Shown in pieces: positions 1 to 6,606 of a DNA stretch of 61,626 bases. Source of the stretch: a virus (taxonomy: Duplodnaviria > Caudoviricetes); IMG/VR virus record IMGVR_UViG_3300046167_000317, positions 1 through 61,626 of that record. The stretch is one strand, 5' to 3'. The first letter of the stretch is position 1, and each line of letters begins with the position of its first letter. Both the position numbers and the translations under genes were made by a program. A model generated the notes under the pieces. That model ran no database searches and was not told the origin of the DNA. It saw nothing but the letters and a program-made list of their open reading frames with translations.

Positions 1-447
1 TTCGTTACTATTTCGTACTGTATGCTTTTCGTTTTCATAATAATTCCAGTACGCATCAACACTGCAATCAGATTTATATTCGTCGGGCATGCACTGAGGA
101 GGCTGTACAAAAGCTTGATAACCAATAGCTTTAGGAAAGTTATATAATACGTCGCGGCATTTTAGTATTGTTAAATGTGTTTTACCGTATCGCTTTGTAT
201 ACTCTTTGCCTAATGCTATCATATGCTCGTATGCCCACATATAATTTTCAGCAGACTCACGCACCCATATAGCTGAAGGATGATTTTTGTGTGTAGCTTT
301 GTAAGGCACATCTGCAGCTTCGCCATCTAATATAATATGAGCAGTACATAATAATTGAGCAGTCTCAAGGATCATTTTTACTACATGCTTATTATATTGA
401 TATTGTGCAGCCTTCTCAGGGCAGTGTGACAAATAAAATATATTCAT
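1..447 (-). CDS. Pyrimidine-dimer DNA glycosylase/endonuclease V-like phage protein; continues across the window end into 61626..61603
   Basis: Not in the ORF track. Hand translation MNIFYLSHCPEKAAQYQYNKHVVKMILETAQLLCTAH...THKNHPSAIWVRES...EYTKRYGKTH...PPQCMPDEYK matches the typical family pattern. ATG overlaps the TAA of the upstream gene. Confidence 0.75.
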   Translation of the reverse strand, partial: MNIFYLSHCPEKAAQYQYNKHVVKMILETAQLLCTAHIILDGEAADVPYKATHKNHPSAIWVRESAENYMWAYEHMIALGKEYTKRYGKTHLTILKCRDVLYNFPKAIGYQAFVQPPQCMPDEYKSDCSVDAYWNYYENEKHTVRNSNE

Positions 448-668
448 TAGCTTAATTGTTTATAGTCAAACTTTTTAAATATAAAGTTGTTTAAGAATTT
501 GCCTTTAGAGGCAGAATCGAATAAACCTCGCCAGTAAAACAAAGGCACGCTAGAATATTTGTATATACTTTGGTTGTTAAAGTATACGATCATAGACTTG
601 TCTTCGATATTGTATTCTGCACTTGATATTGCGGTTGAGTCAACCATTACTGTTTCAATTTTGTTCAT
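447..668 (-). CDS. KTSC domain protein
   Basis: VDSTAISSAEYN...VYFNNQSIYKYSSVP...SASKGKFLN is the KTSC signature. Confidence 0.85.
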   Translation of the reverse strand: MNKIETVMVDSTAISSAEYNIEDKSMIVYFNNQSIYKYSSVPLFYWRGLFDSASKGKFLNNFIFKKFDYKQLS

Positions 669-690
669 AAGTTTAATTGTTTTAATTTAT

Positions 691-726
691 TATATTATCG
701 TTTATTATTCGTATTACGTTTGCAAA
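691..726 (-). promoter_or_regulatory. 36-bp early-region motif copy 1 (TTTRCAAAC..AAYACGA-N9-GATAATATA)
   Basis: + strand tatattatcgtttattattcgtattacgtttgcaaa, just upstream of the ATG at 668. Confidence 0.75.
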
Positions 727-727
727 T

Positions 728-922
728 TTATAACCCTGATTTTTTTAAGAAATAGTTATAAACTTCTGGTATATGCTTTTTGTAATAAGGCTGTTCTTGT
801 GCTACCCAACGCTTAAGATGTTGTTTATCATAAAACGGAGCACACATATTAAATGTAACTTCTACATCATCTATAAAATCACCGACTGTCCAGCCTTCCC
901 ATATGTGTTTATCTCTATTCAT
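728..922 (-). CDS. Hypothetical early protein
   Basis: Tightly packed in the - strand operon; IWEGWTVGDFI...QPYYKKHIPEV looks like a real phage protein. Confidence 0.7.
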   Translation of the reverse strand: MNRDKHIWEGWTVGDFIDDVEVTFNMCAPFYDKQHLKRWVAQEQPYYKKHIPEVYNYFLKKSGL

Positions 923-923
923 A

Positions 924-1529
924 TTAGTGGTATATTAATCCTACTTTATTTGTGTTATTGTACCATTTAGTTGCATACAGATCTACCTTACTCGCATTAG
1001 CATAGCCAGCTTCTTCAAGCTCAGCTTCGCTTTTAAAGATACGAGTATGGCGATCGTGTATAGCATCAATGTGGTGTTTTTGCTTACCGCTGTCGCTAAA
1101 GATAATGTCAAAGTTATCCGGCAACGTAGCTTTTTTAAGTAGCAACACCGAGTTAGTATAACTATAGAATCTAACCTCAGGGAACAGTAACGCAATGTCG
1201 ATCCACTTATTTAGATATGCTTTGGAATAATAGTCGCCGCTATCATGAACCCTTACGTAGTCTGGCTTTTTCTTAACAATCTCGTTGTACATCTTATCAA
1301 CGAATTTATCAGTTTTAGACAGTTCGTAACGCTTTTCGAATGCAGGTTGTACATTGCTCCATACATATGCACCTTTACGGGCGTAACAAAACTTAACACA
1401 GGCATCAGCGAAAGGGCAGGTTAGTTTGCCGTTGGCAGATTTATAAGCTGGTATACCGAAGTTGAATACTCTTACGCCTAGTTCTTTGCTTGTTTTCTTA
1501 AGTTTACTGTTTTGAGTTAATAGATTCAT
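924..1529 (-). CDS. GP88-family (radical-SAM-like) protein
   Basis: NSKL N-terminus, CPFADACVKFCYA Cys cluster, VRVHDSGDYY and FYSYT motifs. Confidence 0.75.
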   Translation of the reverse strand: MNLLTQNSKLKKTSKELGVRVFNFGIPAYKSANGKLTCPFADACVKFCYARKGAYVWSNVQPAFEKRYELSKTDKFVDKMYNEIVKKKPDYVRVHDSGDYYSKAYLNKWIDIALLFPEVRFYSYTNSVLLLKKATLPDNFDIIFSDSGKQKHHIDAIHDRHTRIFKSEAELEEAGYANASKVDLYATKWYNNTNKVGLIYH

Positions 1530-1543
1530 AGTTATTTGTTTAT

Positions 1544-1579
1544 TATATTATCGTTGTTTGTTCGTGTTATGTTTGTAAA
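1544..1579 (-). promoter_or_regulatory. 36-bp early-region motif copy 2
   Basis: tatattatcgttgtttgttcgtgttatgtttgtaaa, upstream of the ATG at 1529. Confidence 0.75.
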
Positions 1580-1855
1580 TTAATCAAGTAACACCATATA
1601 AGCTTCAATATTATTTTTTCTAAACCAAGTTAACGCTTTATGGAAGTCATTAACCTGTTTAGTTGTTACAGATTTTGGAGCTACCTCGAATACATATTGC
1701 ATTCCCATTATAAAATCGTATATAGATAACTCTAAACCATTTAGTTCGTACTCTTCTTTGCTGAAAGGGTTCACAACAGTGTCACCTTTATCATAGATCA
1801 TTCCTTTAAACCATTTAGGTATTTTTTGTTCTTTAGTCTTCGTTTTCATACTCAT
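1580..1855 (-). CDS. Hypothetical early protein
   Basis: ORF track; operon context. Confidence 0.7.
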   Translation of the reverse strand: MSMKTKTKEQKIPKWFKGMIYDKGDTVVNPFSKEEYELNGLELSIYDFIMGMQYVFEVAPKSVTTKQVNDFHKALTWFRKNNIEAYMVLLD

Positions 1856-2297
1856 AACCTTGTTCTTTTAATTCGTCAATAACTTCTTCTTCAAATCTTT
1901 CAGCTAGATACTCGAATAACTGGGTGATAGCATCGTCAATGAATTGCTGGTAAAGATCATCTACATATATAATTTCAGGGTATTCTTCGTCACCGTTAGA
2001 ATATCTAATATGCTCCTCAAGGGCATCGCCTAGATCGCTGTCATAATAGTATACGTTTTCGTTTACATTAACAGAGTTCTGGTCATGCGTAGCTATAAAC
2101 ACTGAGTAGCCATCAGCTGTTGACTCTTCGTATATATAAAAGTCTGCGTTGCTAGTCCATTGATCTGTGAATTCTACATTGAAGTGTTTCAACACTGCTT
2201 CTTTAGCTAGATCTTCGTCATTGATCTGCTTTTCACCGAAGCCTTTAGCTTCTAGTCTTTCATTGATTAGTTCGTCTGTAATTAGTTTTTTGCTCAT
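1833..2297 (-). CDS. Highly acidic hypothetical protein (possible DNA mimic)
   Basis: Very D/E-rich 154-aa ORF in the early region. Confidence 0.65.
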   Translation of the reverse strand: MSKKLITDELINERLEAKGFGEKQINDEDLAKEAVLKHFNVEFTDQWTSNADFYIYEESTADGYSVFIATHDQNSVNVNENVYYYDSDLGDALEEHIRYSNGDEEYPEIIYVDDLYQQFIDDAITQLFEYLAERFEEEVIDELKEQGYEYENED

Positions 2298-2308
2298 AAT
2301 ATATAGTT

Positions 2309-2539
2309 TTAATTGTTTTTTTCTATTGTTTCAGCGATATATTGCCATACTTTTAATTCTTTTTTAGTACCGTTAAGCACTAGCTCCAGCTCTTCTGTAG
2401 TTATGCCGCCTGTGTTACCGTGCTTTAGATCTTTTTTTAGTCGTTCGATATCAAAACCTAACATAGTTATTTTTGCGAAAGCTTTATCGATAGCTTGCGA
2501 GTGTATAGCACTATTCATCAGGGTTGGGATTAAACGCAT
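2309..2539 (-). CDS. Hypothetical protein (start possibly at the MNSAIH ATG)
   Basis: ORF track; operon context. Confidence 0.6.
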   Translation of the reverse strand: MRLIPTLMNSAIHSQAIDKAFAKITMLGFDIERLKKDLKHGNTGGITTEELELVLNGTKKELKVWQYIAETIEKNN

Positions 2540-2732
2540 CGCCGAAGAACGCTAGGTTACAAGCACACATTATATCGTGAACAATACCGTACTTAACTTC
2601 AGTGAAGAAGAACTCGGTGTGTAACACTTCTACAATGCACTCATGCGAGTAAGGGCGATCGGCAAAATCTTTTTTTAATAGTTGTTTGTACTCTGGTTTG
2701 AGACGTGCCCATAGTGTTAATGATCTTTTCAT
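2511..2732 (-). CDS. Hypothetical protein
   Basis: ORF track; preceded by motif copy 3. Confidence 0.65.
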   Translation of the reverse strand: MKRSLTLWARLKPEYKQLLKKDFADRPYSHECIVEVLHTEFFFTEVKYGIVHDIMCACNLAFFGDAFNPNPDE

Positions 2733-2755
2733 AGTGTTATATTTATTTGTTACAT

Positions 2756-2911
2756 TTATATTATCGATTGATGTTCGTGTTTTGTTTGCAAATCGCGTTT
2801 CTTATTCTTGTACTGTCTATTCGCTTTACAATGAGGACAACTCCCGTTGTTTCTACAAGTTTTATCAAACCTTTTTGATCCGGTATAAGGCTTTTTTTTA
2901 GTCCTGCTCAT
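2756..2911 (-). CDS. Small basic Cys-containing protein (51 aa)
   Basis: Below the track cutoff: MSRTKKKPYTGSKRFDKTCRNNGSCPHCKANRQYKNKKRDLQTKHEHQSII. Start overlaps the upstream gene end. Confidence 0.65.
   Translation of the reverse strand: MSRTKKKPYTGSKRFDKTCRNNGSCPHCKANRQYKNKKRDLQTKHEHQSII
2757..2792 (-). promoter_or_regulatory. 36-bp early-region motif copy 3 (inside the 3' end of 2756..2911)
   Basis: tatattatcgattgatgttcgtgttttgtttgcaaa. Confidence 0.75.
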
Positions 2912-3152
2912 CTATTTCTTCATTTATACACCGCGCTATTTCGTAATAGTTTACGTCACTTAAAAACGATCGAGCGTAATTAGCTACTAGACTTCCTTTA
3001 CACCCGCAGTTATCAAATACTACGTTTTCTACTATTTCTTTTAGGTAATCTGCAGTAACTGTTTCATCACTAGCCCATTGAATGTCACCTAATATTTCTA
3101 AGTTTACTCGCCACGTAGCGTAGTTTGTCCATCCGTTGTATTCTTTATTCAT
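2898..3152 (-). CDS. Hypothetical phage protein (YNGWTNYATW family)
   Basis: YNGWTNYATWRVNL...VNYYEIA motif recurs in small phage proteins. Confidence 0.7.
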   Translation of the reverse strand: MNKEYNGWTNYATWRVNLEILGDIQWASDETVTADYLKEIVENVVFDNCGCKGSLVANYARSFLSDVNYYEIARCINEEIDEQD

Positions 3153-3168
3153 AATTTATTTGTTTTAG

Positions 3169-3278
3169 TGGACATGGCAGGAATCGAACCTGCGTTTGAA
3201 CCGAACCAGCCTCAGTAGTAACGCTTGCTGGAAGCATTAAGTTACCTTGAGTGTGGGTTCACTAACCATATCATGCCC
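3169..3278 (-). ncRNA. tmRNA-type tRNA-like domain only (mini-tmRNA, 110 nt, Ala identity)
   Basis: Acceptor GGGCAUG/CAUGUCC-A with G3:U70. Stemless D-loop AUAUGGUUAG. Helix UGAACC/GGUUCA capped by an irregular hairpin. AAC linker, then T arm GCAGG-UUCGAUU-CCUGC. Confidence 0.8.
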
Positions 3279-3280
3279 AA

Positions 3281-3505
3281 TTGAGAGGCGGATAGCACTG
3301 GAATGTTAGGGATGCACGCCATTTAATAGTATGCCCTGACTTATACCCTTTTCTCTGTTTATACTATCTTTCGCTGTCATCGTTCGCACAATTACAGGTG
3401 ATCAAACCTTAGTGCCGTCAATATCTTGGCTTCCAGACTTAAACCTCTCCGCTAGCAATTCACTTATGTGTTAAAGAGTTACGGGCTGTATACGGCCACC
3501 TTCAA
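3281..3505 (-). ncRNA. Candidate ~225-nt structured RNA
   Basis: No long ORF, GC-elevated. Ends pair (UUGAAGGUGG / CCGCCU-C-UCAA). Internal CUGGAA/UUCCAG pairing and a hairpin at 3305-3340. Confidence 0.45.
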
Positions 3506-3527
3506 CCTAATTAAGCTACTCGTCTAG

Positions 3528-3701
3528 CTATATTTCTTTTACCATTTCTGCGATCACACGGCGCATAAGTTCGCTGTGTATAGCATTGAAGTCATCATTG
3601 TTTACATCAAGATTGTTTAGTTGCCAGTCACAAGTTTTATATAGTGCTTGCATTGTTACTTCAGTTACTTGTGTTACGTGATCGTCTAAGTTCATATTCA
3701 T
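3528..3701 (-). CDS. Hypothetical protein (57 aa)
   Basis: Hand translation MNMNLDDHVTQVTEVTMQALYKTCDWQL...MVKEI. Confidence 0.55.
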   Translation of the reverse strand: MNMNLDDHVTQVTEVTMQALYKTCDWQLNNLDVNNDDFNAIHSELMRRVIAEMVKEI

Positions 3702-3882
3702 CTGAGTTTTTTGTTAGTATATTGTTTTATCATAGTGACTCATCCACTCAATATTACTTAGGCTAAAACCTTTAGATATTATGAAATCTATTAAGTCTTG
3801 ATGTCTTTCATATTGGTCTTCTTGTATCTCATATTGGTGTACATGTCCCATTGAGAAATCTAGTATTGTTATATATTTCATA

Positions 3883-4134
3883 TTAATCGCCTTTATAGTT
3901 TAGTGTTTTATAGAATTCGCCAGCCGCTTTAAAACTTAGCTCTTCGCATTCTTTGTAATATGCTTCGTTTTTTATTTGGTCGTCGCGCCAAGCGGTTACT
4001 TCTTCAAGTGTACCATATTGCGTAGTGTAACGAATAGTACATTTGTATATTTCTTGATCCGGTTTGTACGGGTTGTCGTGTCTTATTATATCCATTATTC
4101 CTGTATGTAAGTTAAACCTTTGTAATTGAACCAC
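3883..4134 (-). CDS. Hypothetical protein (true start probably the MDIIRHD ATG near 4095)
   Basis: ORF track; an internal ATG abuts the upstream stop. Confidence 0.6.
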   Translation of the reverse strand: MVQLQRFNLHTGIMDIIRHDNPYKPDQEIYKCTIRYTTQYGTLEEVTAWRDDQIKNEAYYKECEELSFKAAGEFYKTLNYKGD

Positions 4135-4277
4135 TCAATGATACCGTCGCGGTCGTTGTCTTCGTCGTATTTAAAAGCGAATAGATTTGGTAGTTCGCCG
4201 ATCATATACGGTTTGTATAGCATACCGTTTAGTTTGATTTTTTTGCCGTTATTGATAAATTTAATTGAGTTAGTCAT
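4095..4277 (-). CDS. Hypothetical protein
   Basis: ORF track; preceded by motif copy 4. Confidence 0.65.
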   Translation of the reverse strand: MTNSIKFINNGKKIKLNGMLYKPYMIGELPNLFAFKYDEDNDRDGIIEWFNYKGLTYIQE

Positions 4278-4302
4278 AGTATTATTTTTTATTTGTTACA
4301 TT

Positions 4303-4338
4303 ATTATTATCTTAGAGTGGTCGTATTATGTTTGTAAA
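4303..4338 (-). promoter_or_regulatory. 36-bp early-region motif copy 4
   Basis: attattatcttagagtggtcgtattatgtttgtaaa. Confidence 0.7.
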
Positions 4339-4451
4339 TTAAAACACTTCTTCCGATATCCACAATCTATCTTGTTCATCTAGTTCGTCGTAAGTTACAC
4401 CGTGATAGTGTAAAGCTACTATATTTAAGTCGTACATATTATTTGGTTTTA

Positions 4452-4784
4452 TTAGTTATATTCATCATAGATCACCCCAGCTTCGTGGAATGCCCACATT
4501 ACTTTGTTTATAAATTCTATTGTATTGCACTTTGCTTTTTCAATTGGAAAGGTATATACCATTGCATTATAGAATTCCATTAAAGCTTCATTATTATATG
4601 CCCAATTTTTCTTAAAATACTCATACTCGTCACCTTGCATGAAGTTTAATCCTACTACTTTTCGTAGTTCGTTGTATTCAACATATATCCATCGATCGTC
4701 TTTTTCACACCATTCGTGTAATACTCTATCTATTCTATTTGCTTTCATATTTATAATTTTATATTGATTTCCAAAATAATTCAC
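4452..4784 (-). CDS. Hypothetical protein (true start probably MKANRID)
   Basis: ORF track; operon context. Confidence 0.6.
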   Translation of the reverse strand: MNYFGNQYKIINMKANRIDRVLHEWCEKDDRWIYVEYNELRKVVGLNFMQGDEYEYFKKNWAYNNEALMEFYNAMVYTFPIEKAKCNTIEFINKVMWAFHEAGVIYDEYN

Positions 4785-4942
4785 GTTGCTCGTCGGTTAA
4801 ACCTTTTAAGTTTTCTTGACCGAACATTTCAAGGCATATTTTAGTTCGTCTTTCGGATTCTTTAAAGTTGCGAGTTACCTCGTCCCACGCTTGTTGATTT
4901 GTTTGATATTGTCGGTACATAGTTATTTATTTTTTATTCAAT

Positions 4943-4978
4943 TATATTATCGTTTAGTGTTCGTTTTTTGTTTGTAAA
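4943..4978 (-). promoter_or_regulatory. 36-bp early-region motif copy 5
   Basis: tatattatcgtttagtgttcgttttttgtttgtaaa. Confidence 0.75.
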
Positions 4979-5065
4979 AAGTATATTATCTATTTGTTGG
5001 TAAAATTAGTGATACAGGTATAATACCACTCCTCTAAGTACTCAACTACTTTTTTTTTCTAAAAG

Positions 5066-5113
5066 TGTGACGTTAGCTAGTTATATTATTACTAATAAGA
5101 GGCTATTGTCGCA
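5066..5113. promoter_or_regulatory. Spaced inverted-repeat site A (TGTGACGTTAGC-N24-GCTATTGTCGCA)
   Basis: Imperfect 12-bp inverted repeat; similar sites at 6248, 60558 and 61262. Confidence 0.7.
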
Positions 5114-5279
5114 TTTTACTTAATTATTTATTTGTACTTATAAATCGTTTTATTATTTCCTCTAGTTTGAAAGTGTCTTCGGGAGATAGGTCCCCTGAGT
5201 TTAGTTGGTGATCTTTACAAATTTCGCTAAAGTTAATGTAGTCTAATAATTCCATTTTATTTCTTATTTTAAATTCATA

Positions 5280-5315
5280 TATATTATCATTGGGTGATCG
5301 TATTACGTTTGCAAA
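5280..5315 (-). promoter_or_regulatory. 36-bp early-region motif copy 6
   Basis: tatattatcattgggtgatcgtattacgtttgcaaa. Confidence 0.75.
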
Positions 5316-5416
5316 ATGCTATACATTAAAAACTAAAGTTACCTAACGTACTTCGTTTGCAAAGTGCTATACGCGTTGCTATACACGCTCCGCGTGTTTG
5401 GGGAAGTTAAGGAACC

Positions 5417-5737
5417 TTATTTAGATTCCTCAACATCTAGATCAACAAACTCACCTAAGTGTCTTACATTAACCGGTAGATTAGTTGATTGTGACCAATA
5501 CCCTCGTTTGATCCAACATGGCATGATATTTAATTTAGGTAACATTACTTTAAGCACCTCATCGTGGTTGTACGTTACTTGTTGGTTTTTGTTATTGATG
5601 AAAGTTATTACTTGATTTCTACCTAACCATGATTTACGTACTACAAAGTTCTTTCTTGTAATAGGTGGGAAGATTAAAGACTTCTCTTCGTTTGACATGT
5701 TAGTTAATGCTTGGGTAATTAATTCTTGATTTGACAT
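5417..5737 (-). CDS. Hypothetical early protein
   Basis: 106-aa ORF directly downstream of motif copy 7. Confidence 0.75.
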   Translation of the reverse strand: MSNQELITQALTNMSNEEKSLIFPPITRKNFVVRKSWLGRNQVITFINNKNQQVTYNHDEVLKVMLPKLNIMPCWIKRGYWSQSTNLPVNVRHLGEFVDLDVEESK

Positions 5738-5771
5738 AATTTTATTTATTTAGTTATTATTTATTTTCATT

Positions 5772-5807
5772 TATATTATCGAATACTATTCGTATTAAGT
5801 TTGCAAA
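5772..5807 (-). promoter_or_regulatory. 36-bp early-region motif copy 7
   Basis: tatattatcgaatactattcgtattaagtttgcaaa. Confidence 0.75.
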
Positions 5808-5812
5808 TTTGT

Positions 5813-5962
5813 TTATTTATTTATAAAAATTCCATCGAGTGCAAGTTGACACTCCTCCAACGTATCGCGTAGACTGTCGGTCGTTACGTTACCGTTTAGA
5901 TACTGGTTTAATTCGTCGATCGTAGTTAGTATTTCGATTCGTAATCTGGTATTTAATTTCAT
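5813..5962 (-). CDS. First - strand ORF (49 aa)
   Basis: MKLNTRLRIEILTTIDELNQYLNGNVTTDSLRDTLEECQLALDGIFINK, lying between motif copies 8 and 7. Confidence 0.55.
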   Translation of the reverse strand: MKLNTRLRIEILTTIDELNQYLNGNVTTDSLRDTLEECQLALDGIFINK

Positions 5963-5985
5963 AGTTATTATATTTATTATTCGTA

Positions 5986-6021
5986 TATATTATCGTAAAC
6001 CGATCGTACTACGTTTGCAAA
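5986..6021 (-). promoter_or_regulatory. 36-bp early-region motif copy 8
   Basis: tatattatcgtaaaccgatcgtactacgtttgcaaa. Confidence 0.75.
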
Positions 6022-6245
6022 AAGGTGAAACGTTATACACAAAATTCGGAAATTAGTTGCGATAGTCGATCGAGTTATTGACAACAAAACGTACGAAACG
6101 TCGAATAAAACGTAAAAACGATACGGGGGCTGGTAAAAAAAAAGTAAATTCCCGTTCGGGGGCCGAAAATTGTATAGCGTAGCGTAACCCTTTAGTTCCA
6201 TATATCTAACAAAAAATTTTTTAATATTTTTTTTTGGTCCAGTAA
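6022..6245. other. Non-coding divergence point; candidate genome terminus/packaging site or origin
   Basis: AAAACG-type short repeats, two GGGGGC patches and A/T tracts, between the divergent arms. Confidence 0.45.
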
Positions 6246-6247
6246 AA

Positions 6248-6294
6248 CGTGACATTAGGTAGTTATATATAAATAGTAGTAGGCTATCGTCGCA
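6248..6294. promoter_or_regulatory. Spaced inverted-repeat site B (CGTGACATTAGG-N23-GCTATCGTCGCA)
   Basis: Homologous to site A; upstream of the first + strand gene. Confidence 0.7.
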
Positions 6295-6350
6295 TTTATA
6301 TAATTGGGGTCTATGTTAGTATTATATAATTGTGCGTAATCATACATGGT

Positions 6351-6605
6351 ATGAGACAACAACTTTCCCCATCTGCTAGAAGAGCTAAAGCTGCTAGAGA
6401 TAAAGCTTATGCAATGACTCCTGACAGGAAGGCTAAAAAAGCGCATGCTCAGAGAGAGCGTAGTGCGGCTAAAAAGAAAGGTCAAAACCTAGACGGTCAA
6501 GATTACGATCACAAAAGACAGAAGTTCGTTTCTATTAAATCAAACAGAGGAAACGAGGGACTAGGTACTCAGCAAGAATCAGGACAAACTTACAACACAA
6601 AATAA
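6351..6605 (+). CDS. Small basic protein with a degenerate HNH-like DYDH...NRG motif
   Basis: ATG at 6351 preferred over the track start at 6330; DGQDYDHK...SIKSNRG. Confidence 0.6.
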   Translation: MRQQLSPSARRAKAARDKAYAMTPDRKAKKAHAQRERSAAKKKGQNLDGQDYDHKRQKFVSIKSNRGNEGLGTQQESGQTYNTK

Positions 6606-6606
6606 C

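Noticed and set aside
2828-2851. Hairpin-like ACAATG-AGGA-CAAC-TCC-CGTTGT
   Set aside because: Lies inside the coding sequence of the 51-aa Cys protein and has no terminator tail.
3169-3278. Ordinary tRNA-Ala or intron-containing tRNA
   Set aside because: No D-stem or 7-nt anticodon loop; the architecture matches the tmRNA tRNA-like domain instead.
3425-3455. GAGG...AAGTCTGG (- strand) resembling the RNase P RNA conserved region
   Set aside because: No matching 3' P4 strand was found and the match is too loose.
691-6021. 36-bp repeats as a CRISPR array
   Set aside because: Copies are degenerate, separated by about 0.2-1.5 kb of genes, and no cas genes are present.
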